Position numbers and translations under genes: made by a program. Below, piece by piece: positions 23,728 through 33,977 of a stretch of DNA of 34,600 nt. The DNA lies in IMG/VR virus record IMGVR_UViG_3300025917_000011, positions 1-34,600 of that record. The stretch is one strand, 5' to 3'. Under the pieces are notes generated by a model, which saw only the letters and a list, made by a program, of their open reading frames with translations, searched no databases and was not told where the DNA came from. Source of the DNA: a virus. The stretch's first letter is position 1; the number at the start of each line of letters is the position of its first letter.

Positions 23728-24431
23728 TGGCCACGACGACCGCTCCCGCTCCCGCAACGCCAAGCCCTGTAGCGCCATCTGGCATGGGGCAAGGCTCTGC
23801 CATGGCCTCGCTTGCGCGTGCCCCGCAGACGCCAGCACAAGCCGCCCCTGCGCCGTCGCAAGCGGCCAATCAGATCATGCACGCCCCGGCCACGGCAGCA
23901 ACAGGATCGGGCTTTGTGCCGGAAACGGGCACGCCCACGCAGCGCGCCGTGGCGATGCCGAATGGTTTGCCCACCCAACAGAGTTCCATGCTGCACGACC
24001 TTGCGAGCATTTCGCTTGGCTTCGCCAACCCTGTCGCGCCGGGCCAAGTGACGAAGCAACAGCAGCAGGTGCTTTCGGCGTGGCAGCAGAACGCCCAGTC
24101 CGATTACAGCCAGTACATGGCCTCGCACGGTTTCAGCAACCTTTCCGCCGATCCGGGCGCGCTGTTCAACGAAGAAGCTCTGGTCGCGCAATCGCAATGG
24201 TCGGTGATGGACACGCAAGGCGCGATGACGGCGCTGAAATTGTCGGTGTCCGATTACGATCAGTGGATGAAAATCGAACAGGAAAAAAAGAAGGAAAAGG
24301 GCGCCTTGATCGGAAAGGTGTTCGAGATTGCCGGAGCCGTGGTCGGCTTCGTCTATGGTGGCCCTGCCGGGGCTATGCTGGGCGCCGAAGTCGGTGGGTA
24401 TGTAGGCGGGGCCGTCGGCGGCGCAACTTAA
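23724..24431 (+). CDS. Internal virion protein candidate with a C-terminal glycine-zipper membrane segment.
   Basis: ATGA overlap with the upstream stop. The C-terminus reads GAVVGFVYGGPAGAMLGAEVGGYVGGAVGGA. Confidence 0.55.
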   Translation: MMATTTAPAPATPSPVAPSGMGQGSAMASLARAPQTPAQAAPAPSQAANQIMHAPATAATGSGFVPETGTPTQRAVAMPNGLPTQQSSMLHDLASISLGFANPVAPGQVTKQQQQVLSAWQQNAQSDYSQYMASHGFSNLSADPGALFNEEALVAQSQWSVMDTQGAMTALKLSVSDYDQWMKIEQEKKKEKGALIGKVFEIAGAVVGFVYGGPAGAMLGAEVGGYVGGAVGGAT

Positions 24432-24449
24432 TTCAGAGGAATGAATCTC

Positions 24450-25751
24450 ATGGCAACCCAAGCAATCCAGCAAGCGCCCGCGGCGCCCCAACAGCCTTCG
24501 CCCGCCGCGCCTGTACTTGGCAGCGACATGGGCGGCTTTTCGGGTATCGCCAAAATGTACGATCAGACGCGCGCCAGCGCAGGGGCTGCCAGTGCAGCCC
24601 AACAGCAACAGATTGCGCCGCTCGAAGTCCAGCTTGACCAACGCGAGGCCGCGGGCGCCGCAGAACAAAAACGCATGGAAGCCATGTATGACGAGCAGAT
24701 GCACGGCCTGAACCTGATGCAGCAGCGCCAGCGCCTGATAACCATCAACCGCGCGCAAGTGCTGCGCAAGACCCTCCCCATCATCGGCATCTTCGCCTTG
24801 ATCGGAGGCGCGTTGGATGGGGTGACCGGAGCCATGTCGGCCTTGGGCGGCGGGTTGGCCGGGCTTTCGCAGGGCATGAAGGAGCGGTATCAGCAGGCGT
24901 GGAGCCAATACAACACGCAAGTCAAGACCATGTTTGACCAGGTGAAGGATACGCAGGCGCAATTGAAGGCGATCCAGAACGACAATTCCAAGACGCTGGA
25001 TGAAAAGCTTGCGTTGCTCAAAATCACGGGCGCGAACATGCCGGTCTACAACAAGATCAACAACAGCGAGGCCGATGCCTACGCCAAGTGGGTCACGGAA
25101 ACGACTTTGATGGACAAGCGTATCCAACTTGCCGAAACCGCCCACAAGGGCGCAGCAGCCGTGAACAAGCGCGTGACCGTCACCGCCGTCAATGATGCGA
25201 TGTCGCAGGCCTTTCCTTTCGCGGCACCTGATCTTTCCAATGCGGAATTCACCGGACAGAACGCGACGGCAGCGTTGTCGGCAGCACGCGGCGCATGGAA
25301 GCAGGACCATCAGATGGCATCGCTTCAGATTGCCACCATCGCGCAGGATTACATGCACAAGTCGGGCAGCGATTGGCCGAGTGCCCTGCAACATACGATC
25401 AGTTGGCTCCGCACGAACAAGTTGCTGGAATCGGGCAAGACGCCCACGCTGGACGATACGGACATCGAATCGCGCATGTTGGGCGGCGATTTGCCGCAAG
25501 GCGTGAAAATCCAGTTGGCGCCGGGTACACCCAAACCGGTCGCGGACGCCGTGCGCGCAGCCGCCAAGGCCGATCATGCGGCGACGACAACCGCTGCACC
25601 CAAGGCCAAAACGGGTACGACGATCTACGTTGCGACCAGCGGACAGCGCTACAGCGCCGCCGATGTGGCGGCTGCGGCCAAGAAAGCAGGCGTGAGCGTG
25701 GCTGATTACGTCAAGCAGAAAGGGCTTTCTTCCATCAAGCTCGGTGGATAA
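24450..25751 (+). CDS. Internal virion protein candidate, about 433 aa, with a central hydrophobic segment.
   Basis: ORF 24441..25751. The second ATG (24450) has better spacing from the GAGGA Shine-Dalgarno. Central segment LPIIGIFALIGGALDGVTGAMSALGGGLAGL. Confidence 0.6.
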   Translation: MATQAIQQAPAAPQQPSPAAPVLGSDMGGFSGIAKMYDQTRASAGAASAAQQQQIAPLEVQLDQREAAGAAEQKRMEAMYDEQMHGLNLMQQRQRLITINRAQVLRKTLPIIGIFALIGGALDGVTGAMSALGGGLAGLSQGMKERYQQAWSQYNTQVKTMFDQVKDTQAQLKAIQNDNSKTLDEKLALLKITGANMPVYNKINNSEADAYAKWVTETTLMDKRIQLAETAHKGAAAVNKRVTVTAVNDAMSQAFPFAAPDLSNAEFTGQNATAALSAARGAWKQDHQMASLQIATIAQDYMHKSGSDWPSALQHTISWLRTNKLLESGKTPTLDDTDIESRMLGGDLPQGVKIQLAPGTPKPVADAVRAAAKADHAATTTAAPKAKTGTTIYVATSGQRYSAADVAAAAKKAGVSVADYVKQKGLSSIKLGG

Positions 25752-25754
25752 TCC

Positions 25755-28700
25755 GTGGCCGATACCGCGCCGGTGCCTTTGGAGGATTTGCCCGATGTGG
25801 GGCCGAAGGCGTCAGACAGCGCGCTTCCGAAATTGGGCAGCAAGCCTTCGTCCGGTTTCATGCGTTCCGCATTGGACGTGCTTGGCGCAACCCTTACGGG
25901 TGAAGCCACTGCCGTCGCAAAAGGCGCTGGCAGCGTGGCGCAATCGATTGCGGGCGTGATTGGTGGACCCAAGCTCGAAGCTGCTACCCAAGCCGAAGCC
26001 GACAAGTTCACGCCGCACTACCAGCCCATGACGGAAGCGGGCGTCGTGACACAACGGTTTGAACAGCGTTACATCGAAGGCGTGAAGTCGCAGGAAAAGC
26101 AGATCGCCAGCGCCATCGCCAACGGCCAGAGTTTCGAGGACGAGCCGGGCCAATCCATGTGGGAACTGGTGCAGGTGCCCATCCAGGGCGCGCTGCATGG
26201 CGCGACTTCAATCGTGGGCTGGGCGGCGGGCGTGGGATATACGGCGGCGGGGCAACCCGCCAAGGGCGCGCAGATTGAAACATCCATCGGGAATTTCGTG
26301 CCTGCTCCGCAACCGGTGACTGCGCTGGGACGCGAGTGGAATACGTGGGGCATGTTGTTTGCGCCCTTGACTGAAACAACCCACGCCGGTGAGGCGGAAT
26401 ACACGGCGGACATCAAAGACCCTTCGGCATGGGCGCACTACGCGTTCGAGGCCGGATCGGCTGGTTTGATGCTGGTAGGCGGCAAAGGACTAGGCGAAGC
26501 GGGCGGCGCTATCGGACGCGCCACGGGATTGCTGGACAAGGATGTTGCGGTTCCCCTTTCCACCAAGCGCGAAGTGCCCGATGAAGTACGGGTGCCCGAG
26601 CGTCCCGGTGCCAAGGCGGAAGAAACATCGGCAGCATCGGCGGAGCCCAAGGACACGCTGTTCGACACGGGCGATGCCGAGATCGAACGGGAAGCGGCGC
26701 GGCAAGCACAGCGCGATCAATACCATGATCTCAACCGCAGCCGCGAAGAAGAAAATACATTCACGCCGTACAAGGACGAGAACGGCCAACCGCTGACGGT
26801 CTACCACGGCACCAACGGCGACTTCACCGATTTCAAGACCGAAGCTGATAGCGTGTTCAACTATGGCCGGGGCGGCAGGGGCGGCAGCATTGGCATCTAC
26901 ACGTCGCCCAATCCTGACTATGCCGGGGCCTTCGCCGACACGAGCAAGCCGGGGGCCAACCTGCGCCCCGTGCATGTGCAGTTGCGCAATCCACTACATG
27001 CCCGGTACGAAACCTTCAACCTTGCCGATCAGGAAAAGGTGCTGGAACAGGCGAAGGCGGCGGGTCACGATGGCGTGATCTTCCACAACGGCAACGTGGT
27101 TGATGAAATTGCGGTATTCGATCCGGCCAACATCCGCAGCATCTTCGACAAGAATGCGTTCGAGTCAGTATCGGACCAGCAGGCCGATTCGATCCTTGAC
27201 TATCAGCGCACCCTGCACGACGCGGCCCAAGCGCATGCGGACGATGCTGATTTCAGTACGGCCCAGCAGAGCGCCGCACGCACGGATGAACTGTTACGCG
27301 GCGGCGGTCCCGGCCATGCGGGCATCCCAAAGGGACAGTACACCGGCGACTGGCACGACTACCTCGCGGCAATGGCTGAACTCGCCGGTACAGATATTGG
27401 CGCGTTGCGATTGAGTTTCAACGAACTTGAGGGCTTGGACAAGGAGCCGGGCGAGTTCGATGATCTCGAAACCTTGTCGCATGAAATCCCGGAACGGGAT
27501 GAGAATGGGTTGGAAGGCCTGACGCCACGCGCCAAGGAGCATCTTGCATCGCTCAAGGCCAAGCGAAGCCTGAAAGCCGCCTTCGGGAACAAGGTTCGTG
27601 ATGTGCGTAGCGGGCTTTACAAGGTGTACTCGGGCGCGACCAGCAAGGCGAGTGAAGCTGACATTGCCCACGTCGCGCAAACCATGGCGCTGGGCGCGAT
27701 GGAACGCGAACGGATGGAAGCCGTCAATGCGGGCATCCGCAAGGTATTCGCGCGCATGAATGATCAGGACTTGGCGGCGTGGTGGCGGCATTTCCAGAAA
27801 GGCGCGCCGATGCCGGATCACTTGGGCGACAAGGCGGATTGGGCGTCCATCGACAAGTTCTACGAAGATATCTTCGCGCGTGGCATGGAAGAGCGCAGAC
27901 TGGCGGCCGATCCCGTCAACGAAATGAAGCGCGCCAAATACTTCCCCCAGTACGCGCGGCCCAAGGATTGGACCCAACGTTTGAACCTTGGGCTTTCCGG
28001 CAAGGAACGCGCCTTCGATACGATGGACAATCTCTTGGATGCCGGGGTTGAACCCTTGTCCATGAACCCTGCCGTGCATTTCCACTACTGGCTGCGCGGG
28101 CAGGAACGCGCCATCGGTCGGGCGGAAATGCGCTGGCAGAAAATCCATGGCGGGTTGCGCGTGGTGCCCAAGTCCTACGTCCCCAAGCCGGATGAACTGA
28201 CGGTCGAATCGCCGGACGGGTTGGTACGCTATGCGGGGAAAGCCGATCTTGTGTCCTTCATGAATAAGAACGTGCTGGCCAAGCCGTTCATGGGATTCGA
28301 GGCCAACTTGATGGCCACGCTGCGCGCAGTAGGGGTGGTCAAGAATTCCGCACAAGCAGTCCTGTTCGGCTTCAACCCCTTCCACGGCATCCACATCGGC
28401 GTGTTCGTGCGGCCCCTGCACGGGCTGGCTGAATCGCTTTCCTTGATCGACAACAAACTGACACCGAGCGGCGTCGTGGACACGGCCAAGGCATTCGGCA
28501 AGATGTTCACGACGGCGGATCGGCCCAAGGTGAACGGCGCCAAGTTGAGCGCGCGCAGCATCCGCAAAATCGCTTCGGGTAAACAGGGCGGCATCCGGTT
28601 CAACCGAAAGACCAAGGCCGTGGAATTTCCGGAGGGCGGCGATCCGTTCCTTGACGTGATCGATGTCGTACGCCACGGCGCCGATCCGTCCATCCTCAAA

Positions 28701-30515
28701 ACGCCTGCACAAGAAATTCTGCGGCGCGCGGCGGTGGGCGGCTATGAAATCCACAACCCCGAATGGACGAACGTGGCGCACGCCAAGTTCCTCGAAGGCG
28801 TGCAGGATGCCACGGCCTCGGGCTACATGCGTGCGGCAGGCTGGACGATTCCGGCTTTCCTGCGTTCGCTTGGCTATCCGATGATGGATCAGTTTGTGCC
28901 GCTGGTGAAGTTGCGGGCCTTCGCCGCCGACACGGAACGCTGGCACCAGGCAAACCCCACCGTTGAACCCGGATCGCCTGCCGAACGCGTGGCCTTTGCG
29001 CGTGCGCGGCGCGAGATCGATCAGCGGTTCGGGGAAATGAACACCAAGCTTTTGGGCATGCACCCGCTGCTCGCGGCGGCGTTTCAGGGATCGATGCTTT
29101 CGTTCGGCTGGAACTTCGGCCTTGCCAGCCAATTCGGTGGTGGCGGCAAGGACGCGGTACACAAGCTGTTCGATGCGGCGACCGGCGAGCAACGTGAAAA
29201 GATGCGCAGCCGCGCGTTGTACGCCTCCCTGTACGCGGGTTACGCCTGTCTGGCCGGGGCTATCGTCACCAAGGCGTTCAGCGGCAAGGACCCGGAAACC
29301 TTGAAAGATTGCATCTACCCCATCGTCGGCACTGACAAACAGGGCCAAGCGATCCGGGTCAAGTTGCCGTCACTCATGAACGATTTTGGCGCCGAGTTCT
29401 ACAACACCCGCGACAAGGGCGTGTTCGAGGGCACCCGCGAGACGCTGGCCAACAAAGCAGCCCCCATCTTCAACAGCTTCGACCAGTTCATCACCAATGA
29501 GAACTGGATGAACCAGAAGATCAGCGACCCTTACGCCCCGGCGATCCAGCAGATCGCCCAGCGGTTCAAGGCCGTCATGGAAAGCAACCTGCCGATTTCC
29601 ATCGCCCAGGCCGAACGCCAAGTCCACAACGTCACGCCTGCCGAACAGAAGGCATTATCCATCGCCGCTTTCGCGGGCATCAACAAGGCTCCGGCCTACG
29701 TTTCCACCCCGGCCCCCATCGAGCAGATTTACCGGGTGTCGGCGATCCTTGGCGGTCAGGAAACCTATTCCAGCAACCAGCTTTACCAAGCCGAGAACCG
29801 CGCCAACCTGCGCGACTTGTTCGAAGAAGGGCAGGGCAGCGGCGACTTCGGCGCCTACCGCATTGCCGAACGCCAATTCCAGACCAAGTGGAACACGCTG
29901 CACCCCGATACGCCGCTGACCAAGACAGGGCTGCGGGCGCTACGCAAGCGGCTGCGCTCGCCGCGTGCCGCCATGACCTTGCAGAACGAGCAGAATGAGG
30001 GGCAGGAGCACGTCTGGCAGTCTATGCAAGACTACGGCGACGGCATGGCCATGCTGGCCCAATACCTTCCCTACTTCCACACCACGGTCAAGCAGCAGAT
30101 GTGGAAGCGCATGACGCCCCAGCAGCAGGCCGAGCTGAAAGCCCAATGGGGTGCGCTCAACGCTCCATTAATACCTGCGGCATCTACAGTCCATGTGCAT
30201 GCGCCTGTATTCATGGCCATTCCAAGACCAACTGGACTTATTCAAGCGGGGAACATCGATTTGTCGGCACGCCCCACTGTACATAATGCAGATGGATCAA
30301 TCAGCACGGTTCGATCAATAACGATAACCGATGACAAAGGGCGCGCTACCTTGATACCTACGGTCGTAGGCAATAAGGTCGTATCCAATCAGGATGCAAT
30401 TGAACACTTCCGCAAGACGGGCGAATTGTTGGGTGTGTTCGACAACGAAAAAGATGCCGATGCGTACGCGGAAGCCCTACATGAACAACAGGCAAAAGAG
30501 TATTTGCCCCATTAA
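25755..30515 (+). CDS. Giant internal/ejection-type virion protein, 1586 aa, with an ART-PolyVal-like ADP-ribosyltransferase domain (aa 335-469).
   Basis: Its size and its position last in the virion block fit a T7 gp16-like role. The domain motif is [15 protein letters not shown] ... [17 protein letters not shown] ... VHVQLRNPL ... [36 protein letters not shown] start. Confidence 0.85.
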   Translation: MADTAPVPLEDLPDVGPKASDSALPKLGSKPSSGFMRSALDVLGATLTGEATAVAKGAGSVAQSIAGVIGGPKLEAATQAEADKFTPHYQPMTEAGVVTQRFEQRYIEGVKSQEKQIASAIANGQSFEDEPGQSMWELVQVPIQGALHGATSIVGWAAGVGYTAAGQPAKGAQIETSIGNFVPAPQPVTALGREWNTWGMLFAPLTETTHAGEAEYTADIKDPSAWAHYAFEAGSAGLMLVGGKGLGEAGGAIGRATGLLDKDVAVPLSTKREVPDEVRVPERPGAKAEETSAASAEPKDTLFDTGDAEIEREAARQAQRDQYHDLNRSREEENTFTPYKDENGQPLTVYHGTNGDFTDFKTEADSVFNYGRGGRGGSIGIYTSPNPDYAGAFADTSKPGANLRPVHVQLRNPLHARYETFNLADQEKVLEQAKAAGHDGVIFHNGNVVDEIAVFDPANIRSIFDKNAFESVSDQQADSILDYQRTLHDAAQAHADDADFSTAQQSAARTDELLRGGGPGHAGIPKGQYTGDWHDYLAAMAELAGTDIGALRLSFNELEGLDKEPGEFDDLETLSHEIPERDENGLEGLTPRAKEHLASLKAKRSLKAAFGNKVRDVRSGLYKVYSGATSKASEADIAHVAQTMALGAMERERMEAVNAGIRKVFARMNDQDLAAWWRHFQKGAPMPDHLGDKADWASIDKFYEDIFARGMEERRLAADPVNEMKRAKYFPQYARPKDWTQRLNLGLSGKERAFDTMDNLLDAGVEPLSMNPAVHFHYWLRGQERAIGRAEMRWQKIHGGLRVVPKSYVPKPDELTVESPDGLVRYAGKADLVSFMNKNVLAKPFMGFEANLMATLRAVGVVKNSAQAVLFGFNPFHGIHIGVFVRPLHGLAESLSLIDNKLTPSGVVDTAKAFGKMFTTADRPKVNGAKLSARSIRKIASGKQGGIRFNRKTKAVEFPEGGDPFLDVIDVVRHGADPSILKTPAQEILRRAAVGGYEIHNPEWTNVAHAKFLEGVQDATASGYMRAAGWTIPAFLRSLGYPMMDQFVPLVKLRAFAADTERWHQANPTVEPGSPAERVAFARARREIDQRFGEMNTKLLGMHPLLAAAFQGSMLSFGWNFGLASQFGGGGKDAVHKLFDAATGEQREKMRSRALYASLYAGYACLAGAIVTKAFSGKDPETLKDCIYPIVGTDKQGQAIRVKLPSLMNDFGAEFYNTRDKGVFEGTRETLANKAAPIFNSFDQFITNENWMNQKISDPYAPAIQQIAQRFKAVMESNLPISIAQAERQVHNVTPAEQKALSIAAFAGINKAPAYVSTPAPIEQIYRVSAILGGQETYSSNQLYQAENRANLRDLFEEGQGSGDFGAYRIAERQFQTKWNTLHPDTPLTKTGLRALRKRLRSPRAAMTLQNEQNEGQEHVWQSMQDYGDGMAMLAQYLPYFHTTVKQQMWKRMTPQQQAELKAQWGALNAPLIPAASTVHVHAPVFMAIPRPTGLIQAGNIDLSARPTVHNADGSISTVRSITITDDKGRATLIPTVVGNKVVSNQDAIEHFRKTGELLGVFDNEKDADAYAEALHEQQAKEYLPH

Positions 30516-30787
30516 CGCTCCGCCCACGCCACCAACATCTGCGCCACAAGGCTGAACAGGGCAAAGCCTCCGGCCACGGCCAGCCGCAGCAGGCTTGGTT
30601 GCCACATGGCCCAACAGGCCAAGGCGAATACCAACATCACACTTGCGACCGCCGTGGCGCGTCCTGAAAGCACGCGCAGCAAGACCCTTGCCACCGTAGC
30701 CTCATGCTGTTCGAGACGCACCACGGGGCTCACGTTGCGTTCCTTCAAGGGTTCCAGCGGCAGTTGCGGATCAGTCATCGGCTTCAT
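30512..30787 (-). CDS. Small membrane protein, 91 aa, with two C-terminal TM segments.
   Basis: ORF 30512..30826 trimmed to the ATG at 30787, which lies inside the 3' end of the upstream gene. Its stop overlaps the convergent giant gene by 4 nt. Confidence 0.45.
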   Translation of the reverse strand: MKPMTDPQLPLEPLKERNVSPVVRLEQHEATVARVLLRVLSGRATAVASVMLVFALACWAMWQPSLLRLAVAGGFALFSLVAQMLVAWAER

Positions 30788-30971
30788 CCTCGGATTGGGC
30801 AAAGAAGGCGCCGCGTTCGGACGCATCGGAATCCTTGTTGATGGCCTTTTGCCAGTCCACCCCCAGCTTCAAGGCGTCCAGACGAAGGGCGGGTTCGAGC
30901 GCAGATGCCGCCTCAATGACCTTGCGGATTTCACGTTCCAGCAGCTTTTTGAAGGGGATCGGACGGGCCAT
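30771..30971 (-). CDS. Hypothetical acidic-tailed protein, 66 aa.
   Basis: ORF 30771..31040 trimmed to the first ATG at 30971. No clear Shine-Dalgarno. Confidence 0.35.
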   Translation of the reverse strand: MARPIPFKKLLEREIRKVIEAASALEPALRLDALKLGVDWQKAINKDSDASERGAFFAQSEDEADD

Positions 30972-31073
30972 GAGGGTTCCAAAAGGTACATTAAGACGGG
31001 CTTGATCGAGAGCCTCAAAACACAAGGCATTGAAAAACAAGTCAACGGGAGTTGAAATCCGTGCGCGTGTGCC

Positions 31074-31508
31074 TCACGCGGCCCACTGCCCCGTTTCGAT
31101 CATGTTGGCGAGGCGCGTGTAGCGGACTGGAAGCTCCCGGTAAACCTTCGTGGCGCGAAGATCATCGGCAGCCGCCTGCCAGCGCTGGGCGGCGATGTAG
31201 CCGAAGAACACACTGAACGTCGCAATCGACCCGGTGCCGAGATTGAAGAGCATGTCGGCGATGGCGGCTTGGCGGACATCATTCAGCAACGCCCACCAGG
31301 ACTCGGTAGACGCTACCGCCAGCACGGCATCCAGATCGTGCTGGAATTGCAGCATGGCCGCTTGATTCAGGAGCGCCCACACGTCGGTTGCCGGTGGCGA
31401 GGCATCGAGGTTGTGCCCCACGCCCCACGTACGGTGCCCGGTGGTGTCTACATACGGCCAGATGCGTAGCCCTTCATCGTGCAGGATCAGCGATTGCATG
31501 TCAGTCAT
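31074..31508 (-). CDS. Endolysin, T4-lysozyme-like muramidase (GH24).
   Basis: LHDEGLRIWPYVDTTGHRTWGVGHN carries the Glu-8aa-Asp-5aa-Thr catalytic pattern of GH24 lysozymes. Confidence 0.85.
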   Translation of the reverse strand: MTDMQSLILHDEGLRIWPYVDTTGHRTWGVGHNLDASPPATDVWALLNQAAMLQFQHDLDAVLAVASTESWWALLNDVRQAAIADMLFNLGTGSIATFSVFFGYIAAQRWQAAADDLRATKVYRELPVRYTRLANMIETGQWAA

Positions 31509-31977
31509 GGGTGTGTTCCTCGTGGCGTTTCAGCATCAGCGCTTGGATGCCATGTTTGCGGGCCGCCTGTATCCATTCCAGCGCCTTGCCGTTGTTGACG
31601 TGGGCCGTGGTAACAAGGATCGTCCGGAATCCCATCACGGCAGCCAGCGACGCCTTCTCGCAATCGCGCGTGATGCCGGTTCCGGAAGTGTGGCCAGAAT
31701 TGCCCTTGGCGTACACGCCGCCCTGCACTTCGACCAACAGGTCAGGCGAAACGAAATAATCGAAAGCAAACTTGCGCCCCGGAATCGGCTTGTATTGCGG
31801 GATGAACGCCATGCCGACACTTCGTAACTGCGCGTCCAGCAGCAATTCTCCCTTGGACGTTGCTCGTGGTTTGACTGTCTTTTTGGCAGGTTTTGGCTTG
31901 ATGGCCTCCAACGCCTGCTTGCGCCCAGCATTCCACGCCGAAAGCTGATCTTCGGTCCACCGAATCGCCTTGCTCAT
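31501..31977 (-). CDS. Restriction-endonuclease-fold protein, Vsr/DUF559-like.
   Basis: The pattern ELLLDAQLRSVG ... RKFAFDYFV ... LLVEVQGG ... GHTS..GITRDCEK..LAAVMGFRTILVTTAHV fits the DUF559/Vsr-like layout. ORF trimmed to the ATG at 31977 (AAGGTGA Shine-Dalgarno). Confidence 0.6.
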   Translation of the reverse strand: MSKAIRWTEDQLSAWNAGRKQALEAIKPKPAKKTVKPRATSKGELLLDAQLRSVGMAFIPQYKPIPGRKFAFDYFVSPDLLVEVQGGVYAKGNSGHTSGTGITRDCEKASLAAVMGFRTILVTTAHVNNGKALEWIQAARKHGIQALMLKRHEEHTHD

Positions 31978-32240
31978 GGTTTCACCTTGTTGTTCAAGTG
32001 CCGAAGATCGGCAATCTGTGCGTTGCAAACCGCTAGGGCGGCCAGCGCGTGCTGCCAAGCCCACAATAAATCGGCATTGGTCTTAATCCCCGTGGGAGGC
32101 GCGATACAGGGCACCAAATCGGAAGTCGGCATCGGCACGTACTGAACTTTCGTCACGGTCACAATCTGTGGCGGGGCAGCGACAGGGGCGCTGGCACAAC
32201 CTGCCAAGGCCAGCAATATCGCAATGATCAAGATTCTCAC
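31974..32240 (-). CDS. Outer-membrane spanin (o-spanin) lipoprotein.
   Basis: The signal peptide ends in the lipobox LAGC (VRILIIAILLALAGCASAP) and the mature part is Pro-rich. The GTG start overlaps the i-spanin stop (GTGA). Confidence 0.7.
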   Translation of the reverse strand: MRILIIAILLALAGCASAPVAAPPQIVTVTKVQYVPMPTSDLVPCIAPPTGIKTNADLLWAWQHALAALAVCNAQIADLRHLNNKVKP

Positions 32241-32644
32241 GGATTGCCTCCGGCAGCGGATTGGACGGAGGCGGGAACGGGCTGCGCCAACCACGTTGCG
32301 ACATCCGGTTTTGCCTTGGCCTCATCGGCAATCTTTGCCTGCAATGCCGTGATGCGATCCGCTTGAGTCTGGATCGTTGTCGCATGACTGGTGGCAGCTT
32401 GTTGGGCTTCCGTGATGGCAGCTTGCTGTTGCGCCAGTGTGGCCGCGTCGGCCTGTGCCTGTGCAAGCCGCGCCGTATCTTCGGCCTTGATGAGGGCCTT
32501 GGACTGCGCCGTTTGCAGGGCAAAAAGGGCCTTGTCGTCGGATAAGCCACGGACGCGCGAGCCGTAGAGATAACCGGCAATCAGGCACGCCAGCAATAGG
32601 CCAACGCCGATCAGAATGCGGTAGGGGAGTGGAATCAGGTTCAT
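32237..32644 (-). CDS. Inner-membrane spanin (i-spanin).
   Basis: N-terminal TM helix ILIGVGLLLACLIAGYLY followed by an Ala/Gln-rich coiled coil. Lies immediately upstream of the lipoprotein gene. Confidence 0.75.
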   Translation of the reverse strand: MNLIPLPYRILIGVGLLLACLIAGYLYGSRVRGLSDDKALFALQTAQSKALIKAEDTARLAQAQADAATLAQQQAAITEAQQAATSHATTIQTQADRITALQAKIADEAKAKPDVATWLAQPVPASVQSAAGGNP

Positions 32645-32940
32645 GGGCGCCACCAATCAGGCCAAAGCTTTTCGGGCGCCATACTCCCCGCGTACAGCCA
32701 AACGGGTTGTACGCAAAACAATCTGGCCACAGCATCACATGATGGGAATTGATCTTTCGTCGCAAGTTGCCCCTGAGTCTCAAATCGGTATACCTGATGT
32801 TCATCAAGCCCCGTTTTATCAGCAAACTGTTTGCGCGTAAGATTGTGGTGTTCGCGCAGTTGTTTCAGGCGGCTTCCGATCGTGTCACCGGCCGGAACGC
32901 CTGCAAAAGTCATTGCAACCGTATTTCTCATGCCCTTCAT
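32641..32940 (-). CDS. XRE-family HTH transcriptional regulator.
   Basis: IGSRLKQLREHHNLTRKQFADKTGLDEHQVYRFETG is a classic Cro/C1-type HTH. GGAGG lies 5 nt before the ATG at 32940. Its stop overlaps the i-spanin ATG. Confidence 0.7.
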   Translation of the reverse strand: MKGMRNTVAMTFAGVPAGDTIGSRLKQLREHHNLTRKQFADKTGLDEHQVYRFETQGQLATKDQFPSCDAVARLFCVQPVWLYAGSMAPEKLWPDWWRP

Positions 32941-33043
32941 GGACGCCTCCATCTTTTGTCAAGCGAAACACGCAGCAGGAAGGCTGCGACCGTCACGCGA
33001 ATGTTGATGATTTGTTGCAGGCGACAGCGGACTTCGAGCGGCG

Positions 33044-33535
33044 TCATGCTGCAATCTTCCGCTGAATCGGCCACCACGTCACGCATGTGGAATGGCACAC
33101 ATTGCATTTGCGTTTCGGGCCTTGTGCAATCAAGCCATCGGCCATGGCATCACTGGTACGACGTGCGGCTTCGACCCGATCAAGTTGGATGGATTCGCCC
33201 AATTCGGCGCTGGTCTTGCCCGGATCGGCGCAGACCGCCGCCACAATCAATGCCACATGCGCGGCGCGTTGGCCGCGTTGCGTGACGCGTTCCGCCGCCA
33301 TGGAGGATGTATCGGGATCATTGCGATGGGATAGCCGTTTCGCCCCCTTCACAATTTGCCAGCGATCACGCAGATAGTCTTTGTCCACGCCAAACCCGGC
33401 GATTTCAACCAGGTTGATGGCTTCGCGCCAAGCTTCGGGTGCGACATGACGTTCAATGCACGATGCAACGAATTTTGGCGTGGCCTCGGCGGGAACATAA
33501 CGCAGCCAACCCATGTGTACGGATGATCCCATCAT
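33044..33535 (-). CDS. Protein, 163 aa, with a C-terminal winged-helix-like domain.
   Basis: ORF track. DPDTSSMAAERV ... GKTSAELGESIQLDRVEAARRTSDAMADGLI ... KCNVC resembles MarR-like wHTH phage proteins. Confidence 0.55.
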   Translation of the reverse strand: MMGSSVHMGWLRYVPAEATPKFVASCIERHVAPEAWREAINLVEIAGFGVDKDYLRDRWQIVKGAKRLSHRNDPDTSSMAAERVTQRGQRAAHVALIVAAVCADPGKTSAELGESIQLDRVEAARRTSDAMADGLIAQGPKRKCNVCHSTCVTWWPIQRKIAA

Positions 33536-33783
33536 GATCGACTCCGCTTGCCCAAAGCCAACAATCGCAAAGCGAGTTCGCTGCGCGGTTGGCGGGTCGC
33601 CCCGCGTGAAAGCTCGCCAAGCGTGGATACCGGCGCCCGCACCAGCGCGGCTATTTCCGCCAGCGTCCAGCGCTTGCGCAACTTGAGAATGTACACTTGC
33701 CAGTCCATGCGCGTACCATACGGTTTTCCGGAACGCTCGTCAATGGCAGCGTTACAAATGTTCACAATCTCGGGTTGCATCAT
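33532..33783 (-). CDS. HTH DNA-binding protein, about 83 aa; first gene of the leftward block.
   Basis: WTLAEIAALVRAPVSTLGELSRG is an HTH-like segment. The ORF extends to a GTG at 33810; the ATG-ATG at 33783 is preferred. Confidence 0.5.
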   Translation of the reverse strand: MMQPEIVNICNAAIDERSGKPYGTRMDWQVYILKLRKRWTLAEIAALVRAPVSTLGELSRGATRQPRSELALRLLALGKRSRS

Positions 33784-33804
33784 TCCGGTTTTCCGTATTA
33801 TGAT
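33775..33804 (+). promoter_or_regulatory. Candidate early rightward sigma-70 promoter: TTGCAT-N18-TATGAT.
   Basis: Hexamers read by eye in the short divergent region, about 30 nt upstream of the AGGAGG/ATG at 33837. Confidence 0.3.
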
Positions 33805-33836
33805 GGTCACGAATCAGGGCAAACCAGGAGGGTGAC

Positions 33837-33977
33837 ATGCAAACGCAAGATTGGCGCACGGCCAAGCCGGGACACCAAGTAGAACATCGTGATCCGATTA
33901 CGTGGCCGTTCCTGACCTGCGGGCTGGTGATCGCCATCGTGATCCTGTTGGCGCGTGCGTGGGGATTGCTGCCATGA
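33837..33977 (+). CDS. Small membrane peptide, 46 aa (… WPFLTCGLVIAIVILLARAWGLLP).
   Basis: Hand translation; AGGAGG Shine-Dalgarno upstream. Its stop overlaps the next ATG (ATGA). Confidence 0.4.
   Translation: MQTQDWRTAKPGHQVEHRDPITWPFLTCGLVIAIVILLARAWGLLP

Noticed and set aside
23646-25577. 643-aa minus-strand ORF opposite the internal virion protein genes.
   Set aside because: It is a shadow ORF typical of high-GC DNA. The sequence is Arg/Gly/His-rich and low in complexity, it has no Shine-Dalgarno, and it is antisense to well-supported, translationally coupled plus-strand genes.
27294-29348. 684-aa minus-strand ORF inside the giant protein gene.
   Set aside because: Same shadow-ORF reasoning. 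The plus-strand frame is uninterrupted for 4.7 kb and contains a recognisable domain.
32960-32965. TTGACA on the minus strand upstream of the XRE gene as its promoter.
   Set aside because: It lies only about 20 nt from the preferred start codon, and no acceptable -10 follows at 16-19 nt.
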